Origin: Raillietiella orientalis | Taxonomy: Eukaryota | Direction of reading: 5' to 3' | NCBI GenBank assembly: GCA_036172245.1 | Contig: JAYWIR010000024.1 | Coordinates: 1,302,001-1,366,000, forward strand | DNA: 64,000 nucleotides | Shown here: piece by piece, positions 11,177 to 22,299 of the stretch | Position numbering within the stretch: position 1 is the stretch's first letter | Layout: each line of letters opens with the position of its first letter | The notes under the pieces: model-generated | What the model was told of the DNA's origin: nothing | The model's database searches: none | The model's input: only the letters and a program-made list of their open reading frames with translations | Translations under genes and position numbers: made by a program

Positions 11177-12709
11177 TTATAATTCCTGGGTTGCATTAGA
11201 TTCAGACCTTTGGGGACCAGGGTTGATTTCAGCGAATTTTTTTCCTAAAGACTTTAGCACTTGAATAACATCAGGACTAGCTAGTAATGTAGGGCAAAAG
11301 TTCTTTTGAAGGTTCATGCCAACATTATTTGCATTTAGCATTGAGGACACTTGAACAGGACTCCTGAGTTGAACTTTTTTCAAAGATAAGATGGGTAGTT
11401 GTGATGGGCAGGTGCTGCTTGGAATTACCTTAATGGTAGGAGGCTGAATACTGATATGATTGCAGTCAGTCTTTACATCTGATATGGTTCTGACCTACAA
11501 TTGTGTATCATTTTTATTCTGCAAAAAAATGTGGATGCTTACTATTCTATCGATCCCATTAGGCTTGTGAGTACTTAATAAGACTGAAGTTGCATTTTCA
11601 CCTGGAAAGCATTGCAAAAAAGTGATGCTCTTTCATGCAAACCTGCTGGGATAATGGGTCCTATGTACATAAATCCAGATTGATCGCCAGTATCAGAAGT
11701 AACTTTCCGCACCAGATCCAATCCAATAAGCACATTGGCAACATCATAAAGACGACGAATTGTGGTTTTTATTCTTCCTGAATCAGAAGTTGTAGGTTCT
11801 ATGTGATGAACTATCCTGGCTGCTGATTCCAGAGATAGCACTTCAGACTAGTTTGCATAGCTGATGATTAAACTGGATAAGATCTCTTACTGGCTCCAAA
11901 ATCAGCAGTAACATCACAAAATATTGACACAGATGCAGCAAGGAGCGCACCACCGGATCAATATCACTATGTGACTGTTTTTTTTGCTTTAGACTGTTGA
12001 CTCTCTTAGATCCAGATCCATCAGCTCTGTATTGTGCCATGGCTTGTTGCTTGAGTTATTCAATAATAAAGCTGAGACATCTGAAAATACTACCTTTACA
12101 AAAATATCCCTGAGACCAAGATCCCAGGCTGTGGAGCGCAGCTGCATCAAAGTATTTAGTAAATATGTTCTTCCGTGCCATACATATTTATTTTTACATT
12201 TCTTTATAGCACATTTTTAATAGATAATATTAATTATCGATTGCTTTGCTGACCTTTGTGGCTATGCCAAGAGCTTCCATAATTGCTATCACATCATACA
12301 TTCTCCTCCTTTCTACTCCTAAACAACTGGCTTCTTCATTTAGGCAAACATCTTGCTGAGCACTTAAATCCATCGGATACTTTTGGAGAAAGCTACTTCA
12401 TGTTTTACTCCTCAAGCACAAACTGACTACAGATTCATACCTGTGACAAAAAAACCTTAGGGAACGTTCTTTCCGCTTAGTTTTCATTGACACTTTTGTC
12501 AAAGTACTTTGGTCACAGAGACCCTCAAATGTCGCCGAATTTTCGGAAAGATCTAGAATGGGTACTTTAGCCGTTGCCACCTTGGTGAGCATTTTCAGAT
12601 TCCTGGTGGGAGTCAAGGGGCTCAGTATGAGGTTGTCGTTCACTTTCTTCGCGTGTTCCGGAGTGTTTATTTCGGACAGGGGCTTCCGAATTTCTTGCGG
12701 TGAATCCAT
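11177..12709 (-). CDS. E2F7/8: Atypical E2F transcription factor (E2F7/E2F8 family), ~418 aa; exons 12709-12441, 12392-12254, 12201-12094, 12049-11891, 11847-11643, 11601-11543, 11494-11177
   Basis: Contains PLTPTRNLKML (E2F7/8 N-terminal motif), DBD1 RKERSL...LGVERRRMYDVIAIMEAL...KNKYVWHG and DBD2 RSL..LCQYFVMLLL...KTTIRRLYDVANVL..L.LVRKV. Six GT-AG introns (48, 52, 44, 43, 41, 48 bp) join in frame to the TAA at 11179-11177. The start codon is assumed. Confidence 0.92.
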
Positions 12710-13066
12710 TCCCGGTTTCTGATCCAAAATGTTTACCTCACTTGCAACACCTCATGCCGGCCACAACGGAAAACTTGGCGCCGGAGGAGAGAAAGAGAGG
12801 GAGGGAGGGAGGGAGGGGGAGGGAAAGGGAGGGAGGGAAGAACACACACACAGAAAAAAAAAAAAAAGAAAAAAAAGAAACCACGTGTTGGAGCACCTGA
12901 AACGATCTCCCGCGGTACTCACGGTTCATACTGGAGATCAGCAGCTATCCACGCCCACCAGTCTGCTCAAAACATCCCTCGACTTCCACGCTCCCATAGT
13001 GATCGGCCGATGTGTCCCGCCGCTCGGAGGCTCGAATCCGAGCTGCCCACGTAGGGGAAGGGCGAC

Positions 13067-13074
13067 TTTCCCGC
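13067..13074 (+). promoter_or_regulatory. Canonical E2F binding site TTTCCCGC upstream of E2F7/8
   Basis: Exact TTTSSCGC match about 360 bp upstream of the ATG. A related TTGGCGCC lies at 12775-12782. Confidence 0.45.
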
Positions 13075-14121
13075 TTCAACCACAGCGTGCAGTGACAGCA
13101 GGGAGCTGCCGCAACCGGAAACCCACTTTTTGACCCACGACGCCTTTTTCTTCGTGGAAAAAACGGAAAGGGAAAACGAAAAAACGTGGAAACGGGGGAG
13201 AGAGGCAAAAAAAAAAAAAAAAAAGAAAAGAAAGAAAAAAAACGAAAAAAAACCCTGGCGTGAGAGAAATCACAAAGGAACCCATTTGCTGCGCACAGTC
13301 GTTTCCTTTCCTTTCCTTTTCCTTTTTCCTCTCCTCTCCTGCTTGCTGGCCCCTGCGAGCACGTCCACGGGGTGGCATTCTGAGGAAACCATGTTTCCCC
13401 GAGGACCATCGGACACCGTGGAAGATTCATGGGGGAGGTCGGCCCGTGCCTATCGATCTGCTTTCATCCACTGTTCCGGGCGTTGGGAGGTCATCAAACG
13501 CTGGCCCTATTATCCCTTGCTTTGTCTTGGCTTCTGGAAATGCTGCTGCTTCCGCACTCCAACCACCGTTCCACCACGAAGATCTTTGGATGAGTCTTTC
13601 GGTACTTCGGGAATCAAAAGCACGAGCTGTGCATCCACAAATGCAACGGATGTTCCTGAAAACACAAATTCTGCTTCCAAATTCTACTCAGGTGTTTGAA
13701 TGGAGGGGAAGTGCTGTAAGTTTCTGATCTCACATTGTGTAATTGCACTTTGGGTGGTTTCTTGGAGCCGACGATTCGTTCTGCTGGTTGAGCCTGAGAA
13801 CCCTTTCTTTCCCTATGCTTGCTTGACCTCGTTCCATTTTTGTGGGGTGGACTTTATTTGACCAGGTGAGGATTTTCAGAAAGAACGAAAAAAATCAAGC
13901 AGTTATGAAAACAAAGTCTTTAAGACGCATAGTAGTTTCATCAGGAGGATGATAATTCTCAGGACAAAGAACTTTTTGTGCAACATCTTACGGACTGAGC
14001 ACGCGGTAATAGGAGTAAAAATGAGGAGGATTTTTGAAAAACTACTAGATGAATTCAGGAGAAATGCATGCGATCAGTAAATGCCATCATTTTTCAATAT
14101 GCAAGATTTTTTGTGGACCAC

Positions 14122-14385
14122 GCTCCTTCCGTGTGGGTAGCTGGGCATGTTCCAGTCTCTTTCCCGTTATGCCATATCGGCATACTAAAGATACATTTCA
14201 TCAAATCATGAAGAACTGACGAAAAATTTTACATTACCTAGTACACGTTAATAACTGTTAGGTATTTTTAATGAAATGAACTAAATGTTTGCACAATTTC
14301 CGGAATCCTCGCGTCTCCACAAGGAGCGAGGATTTCGGATTCTCCTCCACGGATCAAGGAGACAACAGGACCAGTGGCAAACTCA
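14122..14385 (-). mobile_element. Fragment of P-element/THAP9-like transposase relic (inverted duplicate)
   Basis: 14122-14320 is the near-identical reverse complement of 16611-16820. 14310-14385 resembles 17590-17655. Confidence 0.55.
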
Positions 14386-14559
14386 AATGCAATAGAGCAT
14401 TAAAAACCTTGAACCGTTACTACTGAATAATATGAATATTAAGAACTACGAACCAATATTTTATTTTCTTGCGAGTTCACTGTACTTGTAAGAATGCAAC
14501 TTGCCCTTGCTATATATTGTAGTCGCCTCCCCGTTTAGATTCGTGATCGAGACCTCTGT

Positions 14560-14900
14560 GGTGTCCACGAACCACAGCGCACAGCATGGCTCGCTGGACA
14601 TCTGTGGGCTGGAATGGCAGCATTTTCGGCAGGGATTCGCCCTCGGCGCCACTTCGGAAAGGATTGCAGGAAGGCGTGGCCGCAGTACCGACAACGGCGC
14701 ACTCCTCGCAACGGCGCTGGCAACACCCCGGTTACCGCAACGAGTGGTCAGAGCCTTCAGAGCTGATTCGGAGCTGCGGCTCTCGAAGAGGCTCCACGAG
14801 ACAACTTGCTGACCGCGACCTGAGCTCGGCGTTGCGGGGTTTCGTCTGTGCCTTCCGCGTGACGCTTGTAGAGAGATCCGTTAGCAAGCCAGCCCGGCCG
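14560..14900 (+). mobile_element. LINE RT relic (QG / YADD region)
   Basis: VGWNGS...RKGLQEGVAAVPT resembles GLRQG..LSP, and QLADRD resembles YADD, at plausible spacing. Confidence 0.4.
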
Positions 14901-16610
14901 TAGAGAAACGGAGGGGGGGAGCTCACGGCACGCCATCGGCTTCCCCGATCGGTTTGCTATTCTCCTGACCCCTGGCGTTTCGTCCTCATTGTTTTCTTAC
15001 GTGGGTCCTTTCTGTTCAGGATGGCGGGCAAAGTTCGAGGTTTGCGACAGTTTTCGATGAACAGGGAAACACCACACAGACACCCATTCGGAGACACCGC
15101 GGGGGCAGCAGAAAAAACCTGGAGGTGGAAACATCGCTGCAACATTACTGCAGGATACAAGAGGAACCTTCCGTCGGCCGAAGAGAGAAACGAGCTGTCC
15201 GGAGGACCAGCGCGCGCCCGTTTCGAAATTCCCATTTCTCCCTTGTGTCAGGGAAGCTCCCATCGAACAGCGAATCCTGGACGCAGACGGATGTTTGCGA
15301 ACGGCGCGCGGAGGGCGTGGACACCGGTCTTCGCTTGGGAAGAGCCAATGCCCCTTGGGCGCTCTCCTAATGAGAGCGCGAGAGGCGGTCGCCCAGAGCA
15401 TGAGGTCCCTCTCAGCAGGTGGACGCAGGTTTTTCATGAGGAAACTTTCCGTACCACCTCAGCGAACCACCAATCTCCCAAGAAGGGCGCAGGATCCAAG
15501 GTGCGAGCGCGTTGAGCGCCTTACGCACACATGGGACTCATCTCGGTGCTTTCAGAGTAACCCTCCCAGAAAAGGAAAGCGGGATTTCGAGGAAGAATCG
15601 CTTGCTGGATAAGCATGAAGGTAAAGGAAGGAGAAAGGAGAGCAAGATCAGCAGGAAGCGGGATGATGAGTACGACGATGATGTCAGCAAAATTACAGGA
15701 ACAGACAGACAGAAAATCAAGCTGCTCAGAGTCGTTCGTTCATTTCGCCCACGCCCAAGAGTCGTTCTTATCCATTGCCACGTTTGTTGCATCTGCAGCG
15801 CTGTCAAGAAATTTTCTTTCGCCTTTACGTGCTTGATAGAATGAGGAACCATAGAAGAAAAGGATTCGATGAGGAAGGCAGGAAAGCAAATGAACTGTGA
15901 AGGGAGTTCATCCTGTCTGTTCTGTATTGATACCATCGTATTTATTTGTGTATAAGTGATATAGGATCATTGCATAGATGATTTCCAAGAAAACCTGGTG
16001 ATACATGATCTCAAATGGAGTGTTGTACACATACCAGCACATCATAGATCTCATGTCGCGAACACTGAATTCAAGAAACAGCGCTGATCTCCGTTGCCCG
16101 CGTTGGACAGGCACTTGGACGCTGAAGTCACTAAATGGAATTCTTGGCATGCTGTTTCTTCGTGGGACCTTTTTCTTTAGAGTGTGTCAAGTTTTATGAG
16201 ATGGTGTGATGGGTTGAGTGACTGATTCACCGGACATTCTGAAGACCTTGACATCTGCTAAGAAAGGGATCTTTGCTCTCAAATTCAGAGGAGTTCGGGG
16301 AGTTCTTGGTTGGAAGCATTGTAATTCGATTCTTCTTTGAGCGGGATACAAGTTTCTAAATCATTGCTGGTAGCAACGGAATCTTCAGGGGTACCTACCT
16401 GTTTACTCGAAAGCAGCATAGCTGCAATCAAAAAAAGATGGATACAGGAAAATGAGATGTTCTTTTTATTTACGTGCTTTGCGGAACTTTCTCTGCTGAA
16501 AAATAAGGTTCCAGAAGAATCAGCATCTTTCGTTCTTATTTTGTGACCTTTATGGAATTCTCCTTCCTGTACCAACTCTCTTGATCTAGTTGCACCCTGT
16601 GGAACGCCGT

Positions 16611-17130
16611 GTGGAGACGCGAGGATTCCGGAAATTGTGTAAACATTTAGTTCATTTCCTTAAAAATACCTGATAGTCAGTAACAGTCATTAACGTGTAC
16701 TAGGTAATGTAAAATTTTTCGTCAATTCTTCATGATTTGATGAAATGTATCTTTAGTATGCCGATATGGCATAACGGGAAAGAGATTGGAACATGCCCAG
16801 CTACCCACACGGAAGGGAGCATGATGCATCGGCAACTGCTCCAGTGACGCAGAATGAGGGACCTTAAGCCATTCTCAGACGTGATCCTACAGGTGGTCCT
16901 TGATGCTGATGAAAACTGTCGCAAAAACAACAACAACAACAGTTTTCATCAACTTGCTCTTGGCATCCTTTTCTCCATCCAAAATGAATCTTCACGCAAA
17001 TGCCGCATTCCCTGAGAACGTTTCTCCGCGTGTGGGAGATTTTGCGAGTTTCGTGCCCCTTTGCCTCGACCACACCTCGTTCGTAAAAAGTCGTTCTGTT
17101 ATGACCTATAAAAAACAGGCGGCCTCTCAT
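16611..17130 (+). mobile_element. P-element/THAP9-like DNA transposase pseudogene fragment
   Basis: FDEMYL then IWHNGKEIG resemble the (F)DEMYL....Y.GG.liG catalytic-D region. Later VVLDADEN...NSFHQL and a D/PHL-like segment follow. Multiple stops and frameshifts. Confidence 0.5.
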
Positions 17131-17869
17131 CGGTGAGGGTGGCCAAAGTGGCGAACTGCCGCTGCAGGAGCATTTTTTTTTTTTTTGGAAAGTGCCTTTC
17201 TGAAAGCATCTTCTTGGTAACATGGAACCACCGTGTTGAATTCCACGCAGTTACACGTGTAGCTCGAACGTGCAAAAAGACGGTAGAGGAGGAAAAAAGG
17301 AATCATGGATTGACTATTCAAGATAGCTGCGTCGCGGCAAGTTGCACCAAAGAGGCGAAAACCCAGGCTGATGAATGCAAGTCTTCCTCCATTGGGTCAC
17401 GGCTGCATGGAAGTAACGTAGTCCACGGCGAAGTCATCAGAGATACATCATCTGAGGCCACGCAAGAGGTTGTAGAATTCTCTTTCTCCCTCCCTGCCCA
17501 AAACAGAGACCAGCGTTCCGGTTGTTCGAAGCTTCAGAGAAGTGAGAAGAAGTTCCTGGAAAAATCCATATCTTTCCTGGATCTGGCATCCTCGCGTCTC
17601 CACAAGGCGTGACCAAATCGCCTCCACGGATCAAGGAAACAAGACCAGTGGCACCTGCGGCAGCAACTTGGTAAGCCATCGATGATCCCTCGAAGCTTTG
17701 CGCACTCATCGGGGCTCATCTGAATGGCCTCTTGACGTCAGTAGCACTCATCCCTTCCAATCATTCTGAATGGCCATGAGTCACAATCATCGCCTTCGAC
17801 CTCCAGCAATAGCAGTGGGTGCCTCCTGGCAAACCTTCGATCCTCTGGTGCTCTTTGACGGAAATATGA

Positions 17870-18094
17870 AGGTTATGTTAGGTGAAGTGAGGTCAGATAA
17901 GGTCAGGGTTATGTTATGTTATGTTGTGTTAGGGTGGGGTTGGTTAAGTCAGGGTAGGATATGATATTCGGGGTGGGGTAGGTTACTTGAGACTGGGTCA
18001 GGAGTTGGTTAGGTTAATTGAGGTTGGGCTAAGTCAGGGATGGGGTATGTCAAGTGAGGTCCAGTCATGTCAGGTGAGGTCAGGGTCAGGTCAG
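17870..18094 (+). repeat. Degenerate pentanucleotide array (TTAGG/TCAGG/GTAGG/TTATG variants)
   Basis: Clear 5-bp periodicity, e.g. ggtta tgtta ggtga agtga ggtca ... ggtca gggtca ggtca. Confidence 0.75.
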
Positions 18095-18199
18095 TTCGTT
18101 CTTGGTAAAGTCTTCCTTTGTTTCACTGTGTTCTGCATCTTCTCATACCTGCATGCCGCGCCATCTATTGCATCATGATCCCGAGTTCCACTTAGTTTT

Positions 18200-19850
18200 T
18201 TTTTGGCCTTGCTGGAACTCAGATGATGCGGCACAGCTTGGCCAAATTTGAGGACACTCGCCCAAATGGACATCGATCTCCTCCGAGCGTGCTGCCTTCC
18301 CTGACCAGAGTTAACTTTTGTTTCATTCCTTCAATATACTTTGCTGATTTAGCACGAGTAACTGTACGTCTCCTCGTAACGCCGCATCTTCCTTTGTCAG
18401 TTTCGTGTTCCCTTGCATCCTGCGGATCATCGCTTCAAATGCCGTGCAGTGTGAGGAGTCACACTGCTGTCTGCCCTTGTCTAGCAGCTGCTGGGTGACC
18501 TCTTGCTAAGTGCCAGTTCACGCTTTGCAGCTCGCAGAGTTTCGTGGAAGTTTCGTGGAAGCAAATTAGAGAGGAAGCCCCTTTCCAAGTCGCTAGCTGT
18601 GCGACCTCGCAGTACCACTCTGCTCATTCAACTTACCCGGCCGGAACTTTTCGAGGTCTCTGAAGCAATTCTTCATCGGGTGTTACTGAGCCGAGTGTTC
18701 TTGCAGTCTCTGTCTCCTGCAGCGATTCGTCATCAGAGTGTCATTGAGCTGAATGTTATTCCGGTTGAATGGTGCTGTTTATTGGTGGCATGCAGGTGCT
18801 CGACACTCGCGCAGCTTCGCTCTGATGATCCTTTCCAGATCTCGGAAGATCTTCGTGCTTTCCATCTGTCCTTCCTCTGGCCTTATGCTGACCCTCCCTG
18901 ACTTTCTGCTCTTCCCCCTCGACTTGGGCCATTTCCTCACTAACACGTTCACCGTGCTGCCCCACTTCCACCACCGAAGCACCCTTCCTGCTGACTCTCG
19001 AGGATTCGAATGGACCCCACTCCGTCCAAGCTCCCAAACGGACCCGCAGGCGACTCCACCAGGAAGTAACTCTCAAGGGCGAGTCCCGTCTTCGTTTCCG
19101 GTTCCATGTGAAGTCATTCGGCGTTCCCTAGTCGGTCCGTCGGGCTCTCTCCGAGCCGCCACGGGCAGAGGAGAGCTGCCCTTCCAGCTCACCCTCGCGG
19201 TTGTCCCGGAAACTCCTCCAGCTGACTACTCAGCTGCCTCCACGCAGAAAGCTATTCTCCCACTTTGTTGGTGGACCCCAGCAAGAGCCGGGGTCCTCCA
19301 GCTCTCGAGTTGTTTGAGGAAAGGCGCCCACTGGATAAATTCTTGTCTGTCCACGTGCTCCCTCATGTCTTAAAGGCCGCTCCATGAGCCATTTATCGAA
19401 AATGGATGCTCTGAAAGTTCGTGGGAGACGTGAGGAGGAGGGAGGATGGGGAAGGCCGCTTCCACCGTTCCAACAGTCTCCGCCCTTTTGGACGTAGGTT
19501 CCACCCTCGTGCTTCACGGTTTTCCCCAGCCGGAGGAGCACGGCAGCCGAGGTCCGAGTCGCATCGCCCATGCCCGACTCCGCTTCCCCTCCCGTGTGGA
19601 GAGGGAACCTGTAGGTCTGCTCGCGACCTCCGGCGACCCGTCCGGGAGCGACCCAGCAGAAGGTCGCCGCCGACGTCTCCTCGAAGCAGGCTCTCCCGGG
19701 AGGGGAGGAGGTGGTTCGACGCCGCGTTTTCGAGCCGTACGGGTCAGCGCTGACCCCCGCCTCAGACCCCTGGCTCTCTCCGCCGAGCTGCGGGACCGCG
19801 CTCAACCTTCGTGTTCCGCGTGGGACGCCGCGACATCACCGGACATCACC
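18200..19850 (-). mobile_element. Very decayed LINE ORF2 relic (APE to RT start)
   Basis: Weak motifs in the expected order on the minus strand: ADPYGS (YGP-like), GDCW...HP, QTRIY (RID-like), SVTPDEE and EKFRPGK (pIt.eE...GKspG-like). Confidence 0.3.
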
Positions 19851-19879
19851 CGCCGGCAGGCTTGCGTTCGTCGCGCGGT

Positions 19880-20430
19880 CGCGCCCGCCGGGGGCGGTGC
19901 TTCCGAAAAATAAACATGCAGAAGTCGATGGTACGTCCCGTCGCGTCCAAACAATCCTTAGAGGATGCCGACGAGGTCTATGGGCACGAAGGGGAATGGG
20001 GGTTGGGAGGGGGAAAAATACAGAGGCAAAAATACAGAGGCAAAAAAGGGCAGTTCACAGTTCCAAAAGGAAGGGATGGGGGGGAAGGGATCACTGCCTG
20101 TGACCCTTCGCAGGATGCCAGCAAGCTCCTCCTTGTAGCTGCTCAGGCAGGTCCACCTCTACTCCATCCTCAGAACCCAAATGGTGACGGGGATGAGCCC
20201 CCTGAGCTTGCGGCCTCTCCCGGCGTTGCCGAGACGACACCGCGCGCCCACTCAGCAGGTCTCTGCGATCGCAGCTGTCGGCAGCATGGCCTCCCAGGCG
20301 AAGAGGAACTCGAGGGCGTCCGTGGAACTGTCCGCCGCATTGTGAACGGACACGAAAGGATGTTCCCGTAGTTCGCCAAGAGCTGGAAGGAGCATCCCGT
20401 TTCCGCGCACCTGGCGCAGTTCGGCGTGAC
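19880..20430 (-). mobile_element. L1/Tx1-like element 3' end (CARC zinc-finger remnant, ELAGIL C-terminus, 3' UTR)
   Basis: TPNCARCAE and RWTCLSSYKEELAGILRRV match the C-termini at 41930-41990 and 45590-45660. Confidence 0.7.
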
Positions 20431-20439
20431 TCTCCCCTT

Positions 20440-20580
20440 CGTCCCGCTGCCGAGGAGAGACAAGCCGGCCTGTGAACCGGCTTCCTGGCAGGTCCCATGA
20501 AATATTGGCCGTAACAGGGCCTAGTACCGCAAATGTAAAGTGTTTATCAATAAACGCCCCGGCGTGACCGGGTGAAAACT
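20440..20580 (+). mobile_element. Isolated 3' UTR terminus of the same LINE family
   Basis: CCGCTGCCGAGG...GGCAGG...TGTTTATCAATAAACGCCCCGGCGTGACCGGGTG aligns with 45754-45890. Confidence 0.7.
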
Positions 20581-20689
20581 CCCCTTCGTCCAGTGGGTGG
20601 TGGCGCGCACCGCACGGACACCGCAGGGAACTCCCACGCTTGCTGCGTCGATCTCTTTTTCGTCTGCGTCGAATTTCCAGCGGGTCCTC

Positions 20690-21860
20690 AGGTATTCGGA
20701 GAATGGTTCAGGCGTTTCGTCCAGTAGGGGCTTCTACTGATCTGAAGTCTCAGGACACACTGAACTTCCTCAGGTGATTGGCGTAAGATGAGGGAACTTC
20801 CGATTCTTGAAGCGTTTGACTCTTGGCCCCACGACTCCGATGATCGCACGAGGGTTGTGCTCTGACGTTGCGATACCTTTGGAACACACATCTGTAGCGT
20901 TACGGCGTTTACCCCCCTCGTCCTTCCAAGGCAGTACCTGAATGCTTCTTCCGGGTTTTTTCCTAAAGGGCATCGCCAGAAGTCCAAGAGCCATTCTGGA
21001 CTGCTGGCGTTTCTGTCCTCGAGAGGCGAATTTCCACCTCCCATGCGCTGCCTTTACGACGCACTTGGCAGGCGTATCGTGAGTGACCACATGTTAATGG
21101 ACGATGGCGCCGCTGGCAGTTAGGATGAGAAGGAGTATCTCGTCCCACACCATTCGTCTGGGGCGCGTTCCATCTTGGCCGATTAGCCGCTCTTCTTACG
21201 GAAAGAGCCTCGAGTATGAACCCACAGTGCGAAGATCCGTTTCCGGCAGAGGAAAAAAGCAAACACTCTGGAATAAGGGAACAGGGAAGGCAGACACATC
21301 GGAACCCAAAACAGGAAAGACGCTGCTACCACGTGCTTGGTGTCTCCCTGCTGAAACCTGAGCAATCGAGTGCTGTAAGGGAGAAACGAGCGGAGAGGAT
21401 GGTGGCGCCAGGAAGGGTTGATGCCCGGGAAGCAGATCAGGTGCAATCCGCGGTGCGAAACGGAAAGCGAGGCGTTGAATCTCTAAGCGGCGTTTAGCTG
21501 GGATGGGGTGAACCTGCGAAATTCACGCAGGTTCCAAGCGCAGGCCAGCTGGCCACTGGGATTTCCATGCAGCGCTTTCCAATGACAAGTCGGCCATCGA
21601 TGCTCACTCTCCCTGCCTCGTCGCACAGTATCCACCCGAGGCCCGTTCGATCCCCTGAGGCCAGCAAGCCTCCTCCAGAAGAGCGCGCGGACCTGCCATC
21701 TCAAAATCGCGAGTCGTTTAGAGAAAACAGGAAACGCGACGAGGAGCCACGCATCCTACGGATGGCTTGTCTTTCCCTCGGCAAGGGCGGCTTGGAACAA
21801 GAGTTTCTGGATGCCCTGTCGCTCAGGATTGCGCTCATACCGGGAGCAGAGACCTACAGC
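20690..21860 (+). mobile_element. LINE RT-domain relic
   Basis: LEAFDSWPH (D.EKAFD.v.H-like) near 20805, and PPPE...MACLSLGKGGL (LP...GGLG-like) near 21770, in the correct order. Confidence 0.5.
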
Positions 21861-22299
21861 CCGAAACGAAAGAGACCAATGAATGAGTCCAAGAGAACAC
21901 CAGTGAATGAGGATATGAATGGAGGAAGGGGAAGTGATGGGCCGGTGACTCATGTTATTGAGCATCATTTCCTAGGAACGCACTGGAAACTGCGCCGAGT
22001 AGAAATCCCACTCTTCTGCAGGGACATGCGTTTTCGACACCGTGGGATCCGTAACAACCCATTGCGGTGGCAGAGGACGACACGGATCGGTGTCACCCTT
22101 TTTTCAGTCCTCAGACACTGCATTTGATTCATGCGGCTAGCGCTTTCTTGCAGCTCGAAGATGCTTCCCCATCAGAAGACTCTCCTCCTCGATGCAGCCC
22201 TGTTGTACGAACGAGCCGATCGGTGCAGGTGCGGTGGGAGGGCAACGAGCTCCCGTCCACAGAACGGCGAGAACGGGCCGCGTGCCCGAGAGGCAGATG

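Noticed and set aside
13340..13500. THAP-like FPED..W remnant
   Set aside because: The C2CH ligands are not recoverable. It would fit the nearby P-like relic but is too weak to call.
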